Below the pieces are notes generated by a model. It was not told where the DNA came from, did no database searches, and saw nothing but the letters and a program-made list of their open reading frames with translations. A stretch of 64,000 nt of DNA from an uncultured cyanobacterium (GTDB taxonomy: Bacteria > Cyanobacteriota > Cyanobacteriia > Phormidesmidales > Phormidesmidaceae), in the NCBI GenBank assembly GCA_963793265.1, contig CAWBZI010000006.1, positions 96,001-160,000 of the forward strand. The letters are read 5' to 3'. The translations under genes were made by a program, and so were the position numbers. Shown here piece after piece: positions 32,328 through 44,000 of the stretch (positions are counted from its first letter, which is position 1; each line of letters starts with the position of its first letter).

Positions 32328-34307
32328 TTAGTCCCTACCCAAGACGAATAATCCAATGCCATTGTTCACACGGGCCGCCGTACGAGGCTGACGATTGAGC
32401 AGTTGCCCGCCTAAATAAAGGCTTGAAGAGCTACCGCCATCCAGGTTAAGCGCGTCTACTGCGCCGAGCTGCTGCATAATTTGAGCCGTTTCGCGCAGTG
32501 TGGGGCCGCGTCCATTGACGCGATCGTGCATGGTGGCAATCACCCAGGAGCCATCTGCGAGCTTGCCGACTGCCGTGCGCGGAGCTGAGCCCTGAATAAA
32601 GTTAGTGCTAAAGCCTTCGAGCTGCGGATTGAGGACGACATTGCGATCGCGTATCAACAAAGGCCCACCGCCTACAACATTAGGATACTGATCAAAGGCT
32701 GACGGCTGACTCTGAGCATCCAAACTTACAAGCTGACCTGTAACAAACTTCTCAGAGGCACCGTTATTGCTACGAAAGGCTAGCAAATAACCGTCAGAGG
32801 GAATCGCAATATTACCGCTACCGGCCTTACCCATCGTTCGCTTATTGCTAATGCTGCCATTGCGAACGGTCACCACCACTTCGCTGTCTACGATTGGGGT
32901 ATAAGACGAGCCCCAGCCCGGCGTATAGCGACCGATTCCCGCCTGCACGTAGCCACTGTTCATTGCCAAAATTGGGAACGCCTCTCCTGACTCGGTTCTC
33001 GCCACTTCAGAGAGCACCAGCCGATCCATAATCAAGTCGCCCTGCTCATTCCAGGCCATTGCACCGCGACCTAAAATAGGGCCAGAAATCCACTGGCTAT
33101 CCCGGCGCAGCGCACCTAGCGGGAGCTGATTATTACGGTTAAAAAAGCCTGCATTTACAGCAGCAGCGACTCGCTGAGTTTGCGCCTGCGTCAGGATTGG
33201 TTCAATACCAATGGCGCTGTTGGGCTTGGCGTGAATAGGGCGCAGTGAGAGCGTAGCGGGGTTGGGCTGCACGATAAACATGTAGACCGGGAATCGATGA
33301 GTGCCGACAGCGATGTACTGCTGCCGCCAGCGCAGACCCGGAGCCCAAGCCACATCGCGCTCAACCATGGCATCTTTGCGAATATCGATGACGATTCGAG
33401 ACGGACTGCCGGTTGACCAAATCTGAGGACTCGCGCCGTCTTTAGTTCTAATTTTTAAGACCGTACGACCGTTCAGCGGCGCAACATGGAGCTGAGTGAG
33501 CAGGTTGCCAGAGATTGCTCTAAAAGCCCTAACCATTTGAGGCGTGATTGCGCCATCGATTGAAACGGTGTAGACATCGGCAGACTCCATTTGCCAGGTG
33601 GCCGGGCCAGTGAGATCGACGACGATGCGATCGCCCCAAGTCTGCTTACCCTGCCGGATACCCCCCACCCGAGACTGCGGCAAGTTGAGCTGCAACGTAT
33701 TACCCGCCGCCTGCCCCGTCCAGCCAGCCCGGCTTGCCAAATCACTAATATCTAAATATCGGTCGGTCGAATCCCACCAGGCAGGCAGCGTGATCGTTTC
33801 GTCTTGGGTACTAGGGAACCAGCGCACTGACTGCTGGGTTGGGTCGGCTGCATTCAGCAGCTCGACGCCTACTAGCTTAGATAGCGCCGCGCTGGAAACG
33901 CCGATACGTCCGTTTTTTTGCTGCCAGCGACCGGGGAGGGTGTGGCTGTTGAGGCGGATGCTGGTGCCGGACTGCTCGGAAGTGTTGGAGGCGATCGCAA
34001 CGGGCAGAGCAGGCTGAAGCTGAAACGGCTGAGGTGACTCAGTAGAGACGGTAGTTGCGCTTAGTGAACCGCTAGGAATAGCGGCAGGGTTACCAGCCAC
34101 CGCCTGAAGCGCTTTATCAGGAATAGCAGATGACGCTTTGGGCACCGAACGCAGCTCTACTGAATTGACGAGCGCCCAGCCGAATCCGGTTAGCAAACCA
34201 AAAGAAGCCAGTCTGATAGCGGCAACCTGCATGGCTCTTAAGTAGTTTGAAGACACGGGGCTAGGGCGCAGAAGCGTTTTAAGAGAGGTCTTAACGGGAA
34301 TAGCCAA
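32328..34307 (-). CDS. Exported phosphodiester glycosidase (NAGPA-like) family protein
   Basis: N-terminal hydrophobic anchor, AVNAGFF, GGGPLL, PRTAVG, ALNLDGGSS; start uncertain. Confidence 0.85.
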   Translation of the reverse strand: MAIPVKTSLKTLLRPSPVSSNYLRAMQVAAIRLASFGLLTGFGWALVNSVELRSVPKASSAIPDKALQAVAGNPAAIPSGSLSATTVSTESPQPFQLQPALPVAIASNTSEQSGTSIRLNSHTLPGRWQQKNGRIGVSSAALSKLVGVELLNAADPTQQSVRWFPSTQDETITLPAWWDSTDRYLDISDLASRAGWTGQAAGNTLQLNLPQSRVGGIRQGKQTWGDRIVVDLTGPATWQMESADVYTVSIDGAITPQMVRAFRAISGNLLTQLHVAPLNGRTVLKIRTKDGASPQIWSTGSPSRIVIDIRKDAMVERDVAWAPGLRWRQQYIAVGTHRFPVYMFIVQPNPATLSLRPIHAKPNSAIGIEPILTQAQTQRVAAAVNAGFFNRNNQLPLGALRRDSQWISGPILGRGAMAWNEQGDLIMDRLVLSEVARTESGEAFPILAMNSGYVQAGIGRYTPGWGSSYTPIVDSEVVVTVRNGSISNKRTMGKAGSGNIAIPSDGYLLAFRSNNGASEKFVTGQLVSLDAQSQPSAFDQYPNVVGGGPLLIRDRNVVLNPQLEGFSTNFIQGSAPRTAVGKLADGSWVIATMHDRVNGRGPTLRETAQIMQQLGAVDALNLDGGSSSSLYLGGQLLNRQPRTAARVNNGIGLFVLGRD

Positions 34308-34479
34308 AGGTGGGAGGAGCGCAGTAAATGGGCTCGGTGAGTGAATTGCAAAAACTGACTGAAGGATATAGAGATGCTTGCAAAGATTCCGCTCTCAAGA
34401 TTCGCCTGAAATGGCTCTGACATCGACAAATCTTCTAAGAAAGTTACTTATGAATTGAGGATCGCTTGAGCGTTATTTG

Positions 34480-34616
34480 CCGAAGCCCTCACCCCAACCT
34501 TTTGAAGACACAATTTAGTGGCACCTCGGTAGCACAGTGCGTTTTCCCGAGAGGAGAGGGAGCCGGACTCAAAGTCCTTCTCCTTTCGGGAGAAGGATTT
34601 AGGATGAGGGCTTCGG
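34480..34616. repeat. Miniature palindromic dispersed repeat (CCCTCACCCC...GAGGG type)
   Basis: Terminal inverted repeats CCGAAGCCCTCA / TGAGGGCTTCGG; inner hairpin TCCTTCTCC-TTTCG-GGAGAAGGA; about 40 bp of extra sequence in the left arm. Confidence 0.7.
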
Positions 34617-35033
34617 GATATGGATGTTAGGCGTATTACTTAGCTGAATCTTACTTTTGCCGCCTCACCCCTGCTTGCCTTACAAGTGTTGCAAAGCAGC
34701 GCTGACGAATATAGTCATCTGCTGACAGTGTTTTGATTGGCCTTTTACCAAAGACCATAATCTCCCAAGCGAAGTCTCTACGACGCCGTAAAAACACGCA
34801 GGCTTCACACAGCATTCGTCACGCAACCTTAACTATTTTTAGCAGATCATATGTACTATTACGCACAATGTCAAATCGCTAGAACGTTCTCATATAGGCA
34901 GCTCTTAAAAGCTCACAGCCATCGCTTGAGCAAGAAAAAGTGCGCTATGTAGCGTATCGGACTTCAATGTTCCTTAATACTTCTCTATAATATGTAAACT
35001 GTTTTTGCCGTCTTCTTATTAGGTAACACGCGC

Positions 35034-38000
35034 GTGATTCTCAACCCAACAACTTTTCAGACCGATGTACTAGAAGACTTAGGGCCGAGCTGGCTTGTAG
35101 AAGAGCGCGATGCCTGCGGCGTTGGATTTATTGCAGACCAACAGGGACGCGCGAGCCACAAGCTAGTGGTTGATACCCTCACAGCTTTGAACTGCATGGA
35201 GCATCGGGGCGGCTGCTGCGCAGATCAAGATTCTGGCGATGGGGCTGGAATTATGACGGCGATTCCATGGGAACTGCTGGGAAAGTGGGCTGAGGAGAAA
35301 GGGCTAGAGAAGTTGGTGCCTGGGAAGACGGGTGTGGCGATGGTGTTTTTGCCGCAGCAGGCAGAGGATGCGAAAACGGCGCGTGAGATTTTTGAGCAGG
35401 CGGTGGCGGATACGGGGCTGGCGTTTTTGGGCTGGCGTGAGGTGCCGGTTGCGCCTGAGACGCTGGGGCCGCTGGCGCTGAAGTTTCAGCCGCAGGTTGA
35501 GCAGGCGGTGGTAGTGTCTGAAGCACTAGAAGAAGATGCTTTGGAGCGATCGCTATTTATCGCCCGTCGTAGATTTGAGCAAAACCGCACCAAGCAGGCT
35601 AAAGCATCCGGCAGCGCGCACCTATCCGACGCCTATGTCTGCTCATTTTCAGGCCGCACCATTGTATATAAGGGCATGGTGCGCTCGGCGGTGCTCAGTG
35701 AGTTTTACAAGGATTTGCAAAACGAAGACTTTAAGAGTGCCTTTGCAGTCTATCACCGCCGGTTTAGCACCAATACGCTGCCAAAGTGGCCGCTGGCACA
35801 CCCAATGCGATTGCTAGGGCACAACGGCGAAATTAATACGCTGATCGGTAATATCAACTGGATGAGCGCTCGCGAAGCGAATTTGGCACACCCAAGTTGG
35901 GGTGATGATTTGGCGCTGCTGAAGCCGGTGGTGGATGCAGAAAATAGTGATTCTGCCAACTTAGATAACGTGATGGAGCTGTTGGTAAGAACTGAAAGGT
36001 CGCCTGCCCAAGCGCTCACAATGATGGTGCCAGAGGCGTATCACAACCAGCCTGAGCTAGCCAAGTATCCTGAAATTGTTGACTATTACGAGTACTACAG
36101 CAGCATTCAAGAGCCCTGGGACGGCCCGGCTTTGATTGTGTTTTGCGATGGTAAACAGGTGGGGGCAACGTTGGATCGTAACGGCTTGCGGCCTGCGCGC
36201 TATGTGATTACGAAAGACGGCTATGTGGTGGTGTCTTCAGAAGCGGGCGTCGTTGATATCCCAGTTGAAAATATTGTTGAGAAAGGTCGGCTAGGGCCAG
36301 GTCAAATGCTGGCCGTGAACTTTGTAGACAGTCACGAGATTTTGCACAACTGGGAGATTAAGCAGCGAATCGCCAAAGCGCAGCCTTACGGTAAGTGGCT
36401 GAATGAACGGCGCGTGGAAATTACGCCGCAGATGTTTAGCGAGGAAACTTGGCTTGAGCCGCAGACGTTGCTAACGCAGCAAACGGCGTTTGGCTACACC
36501 GCTGAAGATGTGGACATGATTATTGAGGACATGGCCGCGCAGGGAAAAGAGCCGACTTTTTGCATGGGTAATGACACGCCGCTGGCTGTGCTCTCTGACA
36601 AGCCTCACCTTTTATATGACTACTTCAAGCAGCGATTTGCCCAGGTTACTAATCCACCCATCGATCCTTTGCGCGAGCGGCTGGTCATGTCGCTTTCTAC
36701 TCAGCTAGGGGCGCAGGGGAATTTGTTGGAAGAGCATCCTGAGCAGGCGCGGCTGCTGAAGCTGGCGTCTCCAGTGATTAATGACACGGAGATGGAGCAG
36801 ATTCGCAAGTCTGATTTTCCGGTGGGCGAGCTTTCGACACTGTATGCGGTTGAAGGTGGGCCGAAGGGATTGGAGGAGGCGATCGCGGCTCTATGTGATC
36901 GCGCCGCTGAGTCGGTGAAAGCGGGCACTCAAATTTTGATATTAAGCGATCGCCTGGACGCAGACGGCAATCTCACCACCCTTTCCGATCAGCAAACCTA
37001 CATTCCCCCGCTCGTCGCAGTCGGCGCAGTTCATCACGGGTTGATCAAACGCGGGCTCAGGATGCAAGCGTCATTAATTGTTGATACCGCTCAGTGCTGG
37101 AGCACCCATCACTTTGCCTGCCTGCTTGGCTACGGTGCGACGGCGATTTGTCCTTACCTCACTTTAGAGAGCGTTCGCCACTGGTGGGCCGAAGAGAAAA
37201 CTCAAAAGCAAATGAAGTCGGGCAAGCTGCCGGTTGCTACGCTTAACGGGGCGCAGGATAACTACCGTAAAGCGATTGATAACGGCCTGCTGAAAATTCT
37301 CTCGAAGATGGGCATCTCGTTACTAAGCAGCTATCGCGGTGCGCAAATTTTTGAGGCGGTGGGCATTGGCGCAGATCTCAAAGACACTGCCTTTAAAGGA
37401 AGCGTGTCTCGCTTGGGTGGTTTGACGATTGAAGAACTTGCGCAAGAAACAATGTCGTTTCATGAGAAAGCGTTTCCTGAGCTGACTCGTAAACGGTTAG
37501 AGAATATGGGATTTGTGCAGTCTCGGCCCTCTGGCGAGTATCACATGAACAACCCAGCAATGACAAAGTTGTTGCATAAAGCGGTTGAAACAAAACAGTA
37601 CGACCACTACGAGGTTTATCGCGAACAGCTTAGCGGACGGCCTGTTGCGGCGTTAAGAGATCTGTTGGACTTTAAAGGCGATAGAGAATCTATTGATGTT
37701 TCTGAAGTTGAATCTGTTGAATCGATTATGCGACGATTCTGCACAGGTGGAATGTCTTTGGGTTCTCTTTCACGGGAGGCGCACGAGACGTTAGGTATCG
37801 CCATGAACAGAATTGGCGGTAAGTCTAACTCTGGTGAAGGCGGCGAAGATCCGGTTCGATTCAAGATATTAGATGACGTAGACGGCGAAGGTTTGTCGGA
37901 TACGCTGCCTCACTTGAAAGGGTTAGAAAACGGAGATACCGCGTCTTCGGCAATTAAGCAGGTGGCCTCAGGTCGGTTTGGCGTAACGCCTGAGTATCTG

Positions 38001-39683
38001 ATGAGCGCGCGGCAAATTGAGATCAAGATGGCTCAGGGTGCTAAGCCAGGCGAAGGCGGGCAGTTACCGGGCAAGAAAGTGAGTGAGTATATTGCTTCAC
38101 TGCGTAACTCAAAGCCGGGGGTGACCTTGATTTCGCCGCCGCCGCATCACGACATTTACTCGATTGAAGATCTCTCTCAGCTAATCTTTGACCTACACCA
38201 AATCAACCCTAAAGCGGGCGTTTCGGTGAAGCTCGTGGCTGAAGTTGGGATTGGTACTATCGCAGCCGGTGTGGCTAAAGCGAATGCAGATGTGATTCAG
38301 ATTTCGGGACATGACGGCGGTACGGGCGCGTCGCCATTGAGTTCGATTAAACACGCGGGAATGCCCTGGGAGCTGGGCTTAACTGAAGTACATCGATCTT
38401 TGATGGAAAATCAGCTACGTGACAGAGTGACCCTCAGAGTAGACGGCGGGCTTAAAACTGGCTGGGACGTCATTATGGGCGCGTTAATGGGCGCTGAAGA
38501 ATACGGCTTTGGCTCGATTGCGATGATTGCTGAAGGCTGTATTATGGCTCGCGTTTGCCATACCAATCAGTGTCCGGTAGGCGTGGCGACTCAGCAGGAG
38601 ACTTTGCGCAAGCGGTTCTCTGGGACGCCGGGTAAGGTGGTGAATTTCTTTTACTTTATTGCAGAAGAGGTGCGATCGCTGCTGGCAAAGCTAGGCTACA
38701 AGTCTTTGATCGAAGTCGTCGGGCGAGCTGATTTGCTGGTGCCTCGTGATGATGTATCGCTAGCAAAAACGAAGGCGCTGGATCTTTCGGCGCTGGTGGT
38801 GCTGCCTGATGTGAAGAGCGATCGCACCTGGCTAGATCACGGCGATATTCACACTAATGGCCCTGTATTAGACGATGAGATTTTGGCCGATCAGGAAATT
38901 GCGCTGGCGATTACTCAGCAGGAGCCGATTGACCGAAGCTGGGATGTGATTAATACTGACCGGACGGTGGGGGCTCGGGTGTCGGGTGTGATCGCCAAAA
39001 AGTATGGCAACCACGGCTTCAAAGGCCAGCTCAACTTCACCTTTAACGGCAGCGTCGGTCAGAGCTTTGGCGCGTTCAACCTTGATGGCATGAACCTTAC
39101 TTTAATCGGTGAGGCTAATGACTACGTAGGGAAAGGCATGAACGGCGGCGAGATTGTGATTAAGCCGTTTGAGGGTGTGACTTACGAGACGAGTAAGAAC
39201 GTGATTGTCGGAAACACCTGCCTTTATGGGGCTACGGGTGGCACTTTGTATGCCAACGGTATTGCGGGCGAGCGGTTTGGGGTGCGTAACTCCAAAGGTA
39301 AGGCCGTGATTGAAGGGGCAGGCGATCACTGCTGCGAGTATATGACTGGCGGCGTAATTGTTGTACTTGGCGGCGTGGGTCGCAACGTTGGTGCAGGCAT
39401 GACGGGTGGTTTGGGCTACTTCTTAGATGAAGTAGGAGACTTTCAGACTCGGGTGAATCCTGAGATTGTGCAGGTGCAGCGGGTGCTTACTGACGCGGGC
39501 GCGCAGCAGCTTAAAGGCTTGATTGAGGCTCATGCTGAGAAGACGGGCAGCGCGAAGGCGAAGGCGATTTTGGCTGATTGGGAGGAATATTTGCCGAAGT
39601 TTTGGCAGGTGGTGCCACCTTCTGAGGCTGATAGTGCTGAGGCTGGGGTGCAGCAGGAGAAGGTGACGAGCGCGGTGGGCTAG
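35034..39683 (+). CDS. glsF: Ferredoxin-dependent glutamate synthase
   Basis: [54 protein letters not shown], Fd-type loop ([15 protein letters not shown]); no small-subunit gene next to it. Confidence 0.96.
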   Translation: MILNPTTFQTDVLEDLGPSWLVEERDACGVGFIADQQGRASHKLVVDTLTALNCMEHRGGCCADQDSGDGAGIMTAIPWELLGKWAEEKGLEKLVPGKTGVAMVFLPQQAEDAKTAREIFEQAVADTGLAFLGWREVPVAPETLGPLALKFQPQVEQAVVVSEALEEDALERSLFIARRRFEQNRTKQAKASGSAHLSDAYVCSFSGRTIVYKGMVRSAVLSEFYKDLQNEDFKSAFAVYHRRFSTNTLPKWPLAHPMRLLGHNGEINTLIGNINWMSAREANLAHPSWGDDLALLKPVVDAENSDSANLDNVMELLVRTERSPAQALTMMVPEAYHNQPELAKYPEIVDYYEYYSSIQEPWDGPALIVFCDGKQVGATLDRNGLRPARYVITKDGYVVVSSEAGVVDIPVENIVEKGRLGPGQMLAVNFVDSHEILHNWEIKQRIAKAQPYGKWLNERRVEITPQMFSEETWLEPQTLLTQQTAFGYTAEDVDMIIEDMAAQGKEPTFCMGNDTPLAVLSDKPHLLYDYFKQRFAQVTNPPIDPLRERLVMSLSTQLGAQGNLLEEHPEQARLLKLASPVINDTEMEQIRKSDFPVGELSTLYAVEGGPKGLEEAIAALCDRAAESVKAGTQILILSDRLDADGNLTTLSDQQTYIPPLVAVGAVHHGLIKRGLRMQASLIVDTAQCWSTHHFACLLGYGATAICPYLTLESVRHWWAEEKTQKQMKSGKLPVATLNGAQDNYRKAIDNGLLKILSKMGISLLSSYRGAQIFEAVGIGADLKDTAFKGSVSRLGGLTIEELAQETMSFHEKAFPELTRKRLENMGFVQSRPSGEYHMNNPAMTKLLHKAVETKQYDHYEVYREQLSGRPVAALRDLLDFKGDRESIDVSEVESVESIMRRFCTGGMSLGSLSREAHETLGIAMNRIGGKSNSGEGGEDPVRFKILDDVDGEGLSDTLPHLKGLENGDTASSAIKQVASGRFGVTPEYLMSARQIEIKMAQGAKPGEGGQLPGKKVSEYIASLRNSKPGVTLISPPPHHDIYSIEDLSQLIFDLHQINPKAGVSVKLVAEVGIGTIAAGVAKANADVIQISGHDGGTGASPLSSIKHAGMPWELGLTEVHRSLMENQLRDRVTLRVDGGLKTGWDVIMGALMGAEEYGFGSIAMIAEGCIMARVCHTNQCPVGVATQQETLRKRFSGTPGKVVNFFYFIAEEVRSLLAKLGYKSLIEVVGRADLLVPRDDVSLAKTKALDLSALVVLPDVKSDRTWLDHGDIHTNGPVLDDEILADQEIALAITQQEPIDRSWDVINTDRTVGARVSGVIAKKYGNHGFKGQLNFTFNGSVGQSFGAFNLDGMNLTLIGEANDYVGKGMNGGEIVIKPFEGVTYETSKNVIVGNTCLYGATGGTLYANGIAGERFGVRNSKGKAVIEGAGDHCCEYMTGGVIVVLGGVGRNVGAGMTGGLGYFLDEVGDFQTRVNPEIVQVQRVLTDAGAQQLKGLIEAHAEKTGSAKAKAILADWEEYLPKFWQVVPPSEADSAEAGVQQEKVTSAVG

Positions 39684-39689
39684 GGCGGA

Positions 39690-39833
39690 ACCCACCCCAC
39701 TCTGCGGGTACCCCTCCGAGAAGGGGATCTATTTCAGGCGATGAAGATAGAGGCGGTCTACCACGATCCCATAACACCCCGCAGCCGATAAATCCCCTCC
39801 TCGGAGGGGTGGCGCGCAGCGACGGGGTGGGTC
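39690..39833. repeat. Miniature palindromic dispersed repeat (ACCCACCCC...GGGGTGGGT type)
   Basis: Terminal ACCCACCCC / GGGGTGGGT; inner ACCCCTCCGAGAAGGGGAT / ATCCCCTCCTCGGAGGGGT; right end recurs at 45372-45399. Confidence 0.75.
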
Positions 39834-39956
39834 AGCAACCTCTGCTTACAGCCGATCTCTTACGCTAAATGCGTACCCAACAGTACCATGCATCTACAAC
39901 AACTATAGGAATCAAGACAGTTACAACAATCACTAAAGCTTAGATATACAACAGAG

Positions 39957-40391
39957 CTAGGAATTGTTGTACATCTCGTCTGGAATCAATCTTTTACCAT
40001 AGCTGACTACTTTGTCTTGAGTGAAACCGATGGATTCATAGAACTCAATGGCTTCGGCATTATCAAGCCGAATTTGAAGGTTTATCTTTGGGCATCCCAC
40101 ACTCAATAAGTGCTGTTCAGCTTTTGCCATCAGCTCACAACCAAGCCCTTTCCGCTGATGCGCTGGGTCGATTGCCAGGTAGTTTATCCAGCCGCGATGG
40201 CCATCATATCCAATCATGACTGAAGCGACTATCTCGTTGTCTATCAATCCCACTAAAAACCCTTCGGGCTGAGCCTTTAGCTTACGCTGAATATCAAGCT
40301 GAGGATTGTTCCAAGACCGCGTGAGCCCGCAGCGATTCCATAGCTGAACGGCGGCGGTTGTATCGCTGTCCTGAAAAGATCGGATGAGCAT
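39957..40391 (-). CDS. GNAT-family acetyltransferase (YpeA-like)
   Basis: GYDGHRGWINYLAIDPAHQRKGLG, GCPKINLQIR, FYESIGF. Confidence 0.9.
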   Translation of the reverse strand: MLIRSFQDSDTTAAVQLWNRCGLTRSWNNPQLDIQRKLKAQPEGFLVGLIDNEIVASVMIGYDGHRGWINYLAIDPAHQRKGLGCELMAKAEQHLLSVGCPKINLQIRLDNAEAIEFYESIGFTQDKVVSYGKRLIPDEMYNNS

Positions 40392-40408
40392 ACTATTTCC
40401 CTTTGGCG

Positions 40409-41014
40409 CTATCGAGGCAAAACGTCCCTCAAACAGAATTTAAGATTAGGCAGTAAGGGTGAGGAGATAATCTCTTCTAGTCGATATTGTTGTTGCTGGT
40501 ACTCGTCTCCCTTTAACTGACAAACGGTGAGAGTAGGTTGCTTGGGCTTACCGATAAAGATTGTTCCGCCTAAGCCTCTAAAGTCAGCAATCCAGTATTC
40601 ACGAATGCCCAATACGGCATATTCTTCTACTTTTCGAGCGTAGTCAGTTTCCCAGTTAGTGCTCACCACCTCTACTGCTAGCTTGATAGAACGGCCCAGC
40701 GTAATAACCGGCTCTCTTTCCCAAAGTGGCTCGTTCACCAAAGCAGTTTCGTCTAGAACAACGATATCTGGGCGGCGAGCAGTGGCCGTTTCGCCGGAAG
40801 AACGAATGAGGCAGGTGCGAGGAATGAACCAGGGAAGCTGCGCGTTGGTAATCGCTGCGCTAATTTTGGCTGCTATTTTGCCACCGACCGCTTCGTGGGG
40901 GCCAGTCGGTTCCATATCTATAAGATCTCCGTCTGCTAGCTCGTAGCGAGGATTATCGCCGTATTGGGCGATAAAGTCGTTGAAAGTAAGCGGTTTATTG
41001 AGCGTGTAGGTCAT
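40409..41014 (-). CDS. Uma2-family endonuclease
   Basis: RYELADG, RRPDIVVLD, AVEVVS, DYARKVEEYAVLGIREYWIAD. Confidence 0.92.
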   Translation of the reverse strand: MTYTLNKPLTFNDFIAQYGDNPRYELADGDLIDMEPTGPHEAVGGKIAAKISAAITNAQLPWFIPRTCLIRSSGETATARRPDIVVLDETALVNEPLWEREPVITLGRSIKLAVEVVSTNWETDYARKVEEYAVLGIREYWIADFRGLGGTIFIGKPKQPTLTVCQLKGDEYQQQQYRLEEIISSPLLPNLKFCLRDVLPR

Positions 41015-41057
41015 AAGGCTAGGTTAGCAAAGATGGGCTACGAGATGATAGGAATAT

Positions 41058-44000
41058 CTAGGCGACTAGGCTAACGACGGTGGCGATGAGTTCGTCTATG
41101 CTGGTGGGTTTGACGAGGTGGTATTGAAAACCGGCGAGGAGGAGGTTTTCGGTGTCGCTGACGGCGGCGTAGCCAGTGAGGGCGATCGCAGGCACCTGTC
41201 CACCGGCTTCTTCAGGGCGCGATCGCACCCACTCAATCAAAGTCAAACCCGTCCTGGCCTGGCAAACTAATGTCGCTGATAATCAAATCAGGCATTCCTT
41301 GTTCGGTGATGTGTGCGATCGCCCCACCCACCGAAGTCGCTGTTATCACCGTAGCCTGCTGCGCCTCTAGCGTGACCGTCAAAATATCTAAGTTGTCAGG
41401 GTCATCTTCAACCACCAGTATTTGCAAATCGCCCAGCAAATTTTCACCGACAAACGGCGGTGTCGTCGTCGCAATGGGTCGTACAGCGACCGTCAACGGC
41501 AGCAAAATGGTCAGCGTTGCACCAGCGCCTAGTCCAGAAGAGTCCATTGTCACCGAGCCTTCATGAGCTTCTACAAACACTTTAATAATCGCTAGCCCTA
41601 AACCCAGGCCCGAGTACTGCCGCGTATTAGAGCTATCGGCCTGACGAAACCTGTCGAACACATAGGGAAGAAACTCAAGATCAATACCTTTACCCGTATC
41701 GCGCACCTGAATTTGGGCCTGCTGTTCGGTATAGCTGAGTGAGATTTCGACTTCGCCACCCTCCGGCGTGAACTTAATCGAGTTAGAGAGCGCGTTGTTG
41801 AATACCTGCTGCAATCGCTCAGGATCAAAATAGTAGTAGTCAGGCGCTTCGGCTAAGTTAGCCACCAGCCGAATACCGACACTCTCTGCAACCGGCAAAA
41901 TACCTTCCACCACATCAGCAACTAGCTCAGTGAGATCTACCGCCCGGCGCTGTAGCGATAGCTGCCCCTGAATAATGCGAGAGACTTGGAGCAAATCTTC
42001 AATAATGCGCGTTTGCGTTTGGGCGCTACGCTCAATACTGGTCAGCGCTCGCTGTTGCAAAACAGGATCGGCACTAGATTGATTTAAAAGAATCTCTGTC
42101 CAGCCCAAAATGGCGTTGAGCGGCGTGCGCAGTTCGTGAGAGAGCACTGACAAAAACTCGTCTTTACTAGCGTTGGCCGACTCGGCTTCTACTCTAGCGG
42201 CTCTCTCTTGCACAAGCTGCAACCGCTCCTGCTCGGCCCTCTTGCGCTTGGTAATATCTTCAATCGCCAGCAAAATCATAGAAGAATCATCTTGTTCGGC
42301 TAGCTGTGAGTGCTGCTGTGTCCCCTGTTCGATATAGCGCGCGTTGAGCAGCAGCGTTTTACGGCCACCCTGTTCAAAGTTGTGCTCCACCTCAATATCT
42401 TGAAGCGGGAAACCCTCGGCTAGCAAATTTTCTAAAGCCGCCCGCAGCACTGGAATGTTCCACTGACCACCGCCGACATCCAGCAGCCGCTGGCCTTCGG
42501 TTTCAGCAGCAGAGCCTTGTGTAAACTCGTAAAAAGCACGGTTAGCCGTTTTTATTTGGAGCTGAGCGTTGAGCACAATTAGCGGCTCTCGCACCGTTTC
42601 AACAATACTCTCTGCATAGAATCGAGATGCCTCAAGCTGCTGCAACGTCCGCTTAATATCGTCAATATCTACCAGCGCCATCACCGCGCCATCAATTTGA
42701 TTATCGGCGGTGCGGTAGGGCCGAATGCGCAGCCGGTACCAGTGCCCTTCACTATCTTGCACTTCACGCTGCTGGGCATCGAGCGTGTTGATCACACCCG
42801 AGATAAGGGTTTCAAGGTCGGGAATATCCAGATCAAAGCGAATGTTGCTGATTGGCCTACCTACGTCTGTGGGAATAAAGTTGAACAGACGCTGTGCGGT
42901 CGGGGTGAAGCGGCGAATGCACAGGTCGCTTGAGAGCATGACCACTGGAATGCTGACGTTGTTGAGCAGGTTGATTAGGTCGTCGTTAATAGAGCGGGTG
43001 TCGAGGTTGCGGCTCTGTAGCTCTTCGTTGGTGGTTTTTAGCTCTTCGTTGGCCGCCTGAATCTCTTCTTTGGCGGTTTGTAGCTCTTCGTTGGTGCTTT
43101 GTAGCTCCTCGTTACTCGATAAAATCTCTTCGTTGGCGGTCGTCAGGCGCTGGTTGGCCGCATTGTGTTCTTCTATGGTGGCCTGCAAGTAGGTTTGAGT
43201 ATCGAGCAGCTCTTGGCGAACCCCGGCAAGCTCTCTTTCGAGCCGGGTAATGTCAGGGCGGCTAGTAGGCGTGCTTTCTGCTTGGGGGCGATCGCTCACC
43301 GAATCGGCCAGCACCAAATCCCCTTCTTCAAACAGCACAATGTAGCAGCGCTCTTGCGACAGCGGATTTTTAATCGGTGTGACTTCTATATGAACGTAGC
43401 GCGCCGACCCTTCTATCAGCAGATTTTCTTCTCTGATTGTCGTCACCTGCTGTTTGGCCCGCTCAACTGCCGAACGAACTTCGATCAGCAGGCTAGGCCG
43501 CAGCATTTTGAGAAAATTAAAGCTAGGCTCGCCGGGCGCAGGTCTGAGATAGGGGCTCGTATCGCCGCGGAAGTGTAAGATATCGAGCTGATTGTTAATC
43601 ACTACACCCGACGGAGCATAGCGGTTGAGCATCACTTGATCGGCCTGACGCTGCACGTTTGAGTAACCGGTGAGCTGAGCAGGAACGCCCTCGGCTATCG
43701 ACGTGGGATGGAGAGCGGCGCTGTCGCTGGTGATAAAGTCAAAGCTAAGCCGGTTAGCGACCGAAGCGCGGGTGTAAGCTTTATGCTTTTTATCGACCAC
43801 TTCAAACATATCGGAGGTTTCACCAATGCTCTCGGAGCTGCCGAGCCAGAGAAAGCCGGTAGCGTTAAGGCTATAGTGAAAAATCGCTAGCACTCTTTTT
43901 TGCAGCGCGGACGTGAAGTAAATCAGCACGTTGCGGCAGCTAATAAAGTCGATATTAGAAAAAGGCGCGTCGCTGCTGAGATTTTGGCGTGCAAAAACGC

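Noticed and set aside
34900..35033. NtcA box upstream of glsF
   Set aside because: No GTA-N8-TAC match found by eye; only a TATAAT at 34986-34991.
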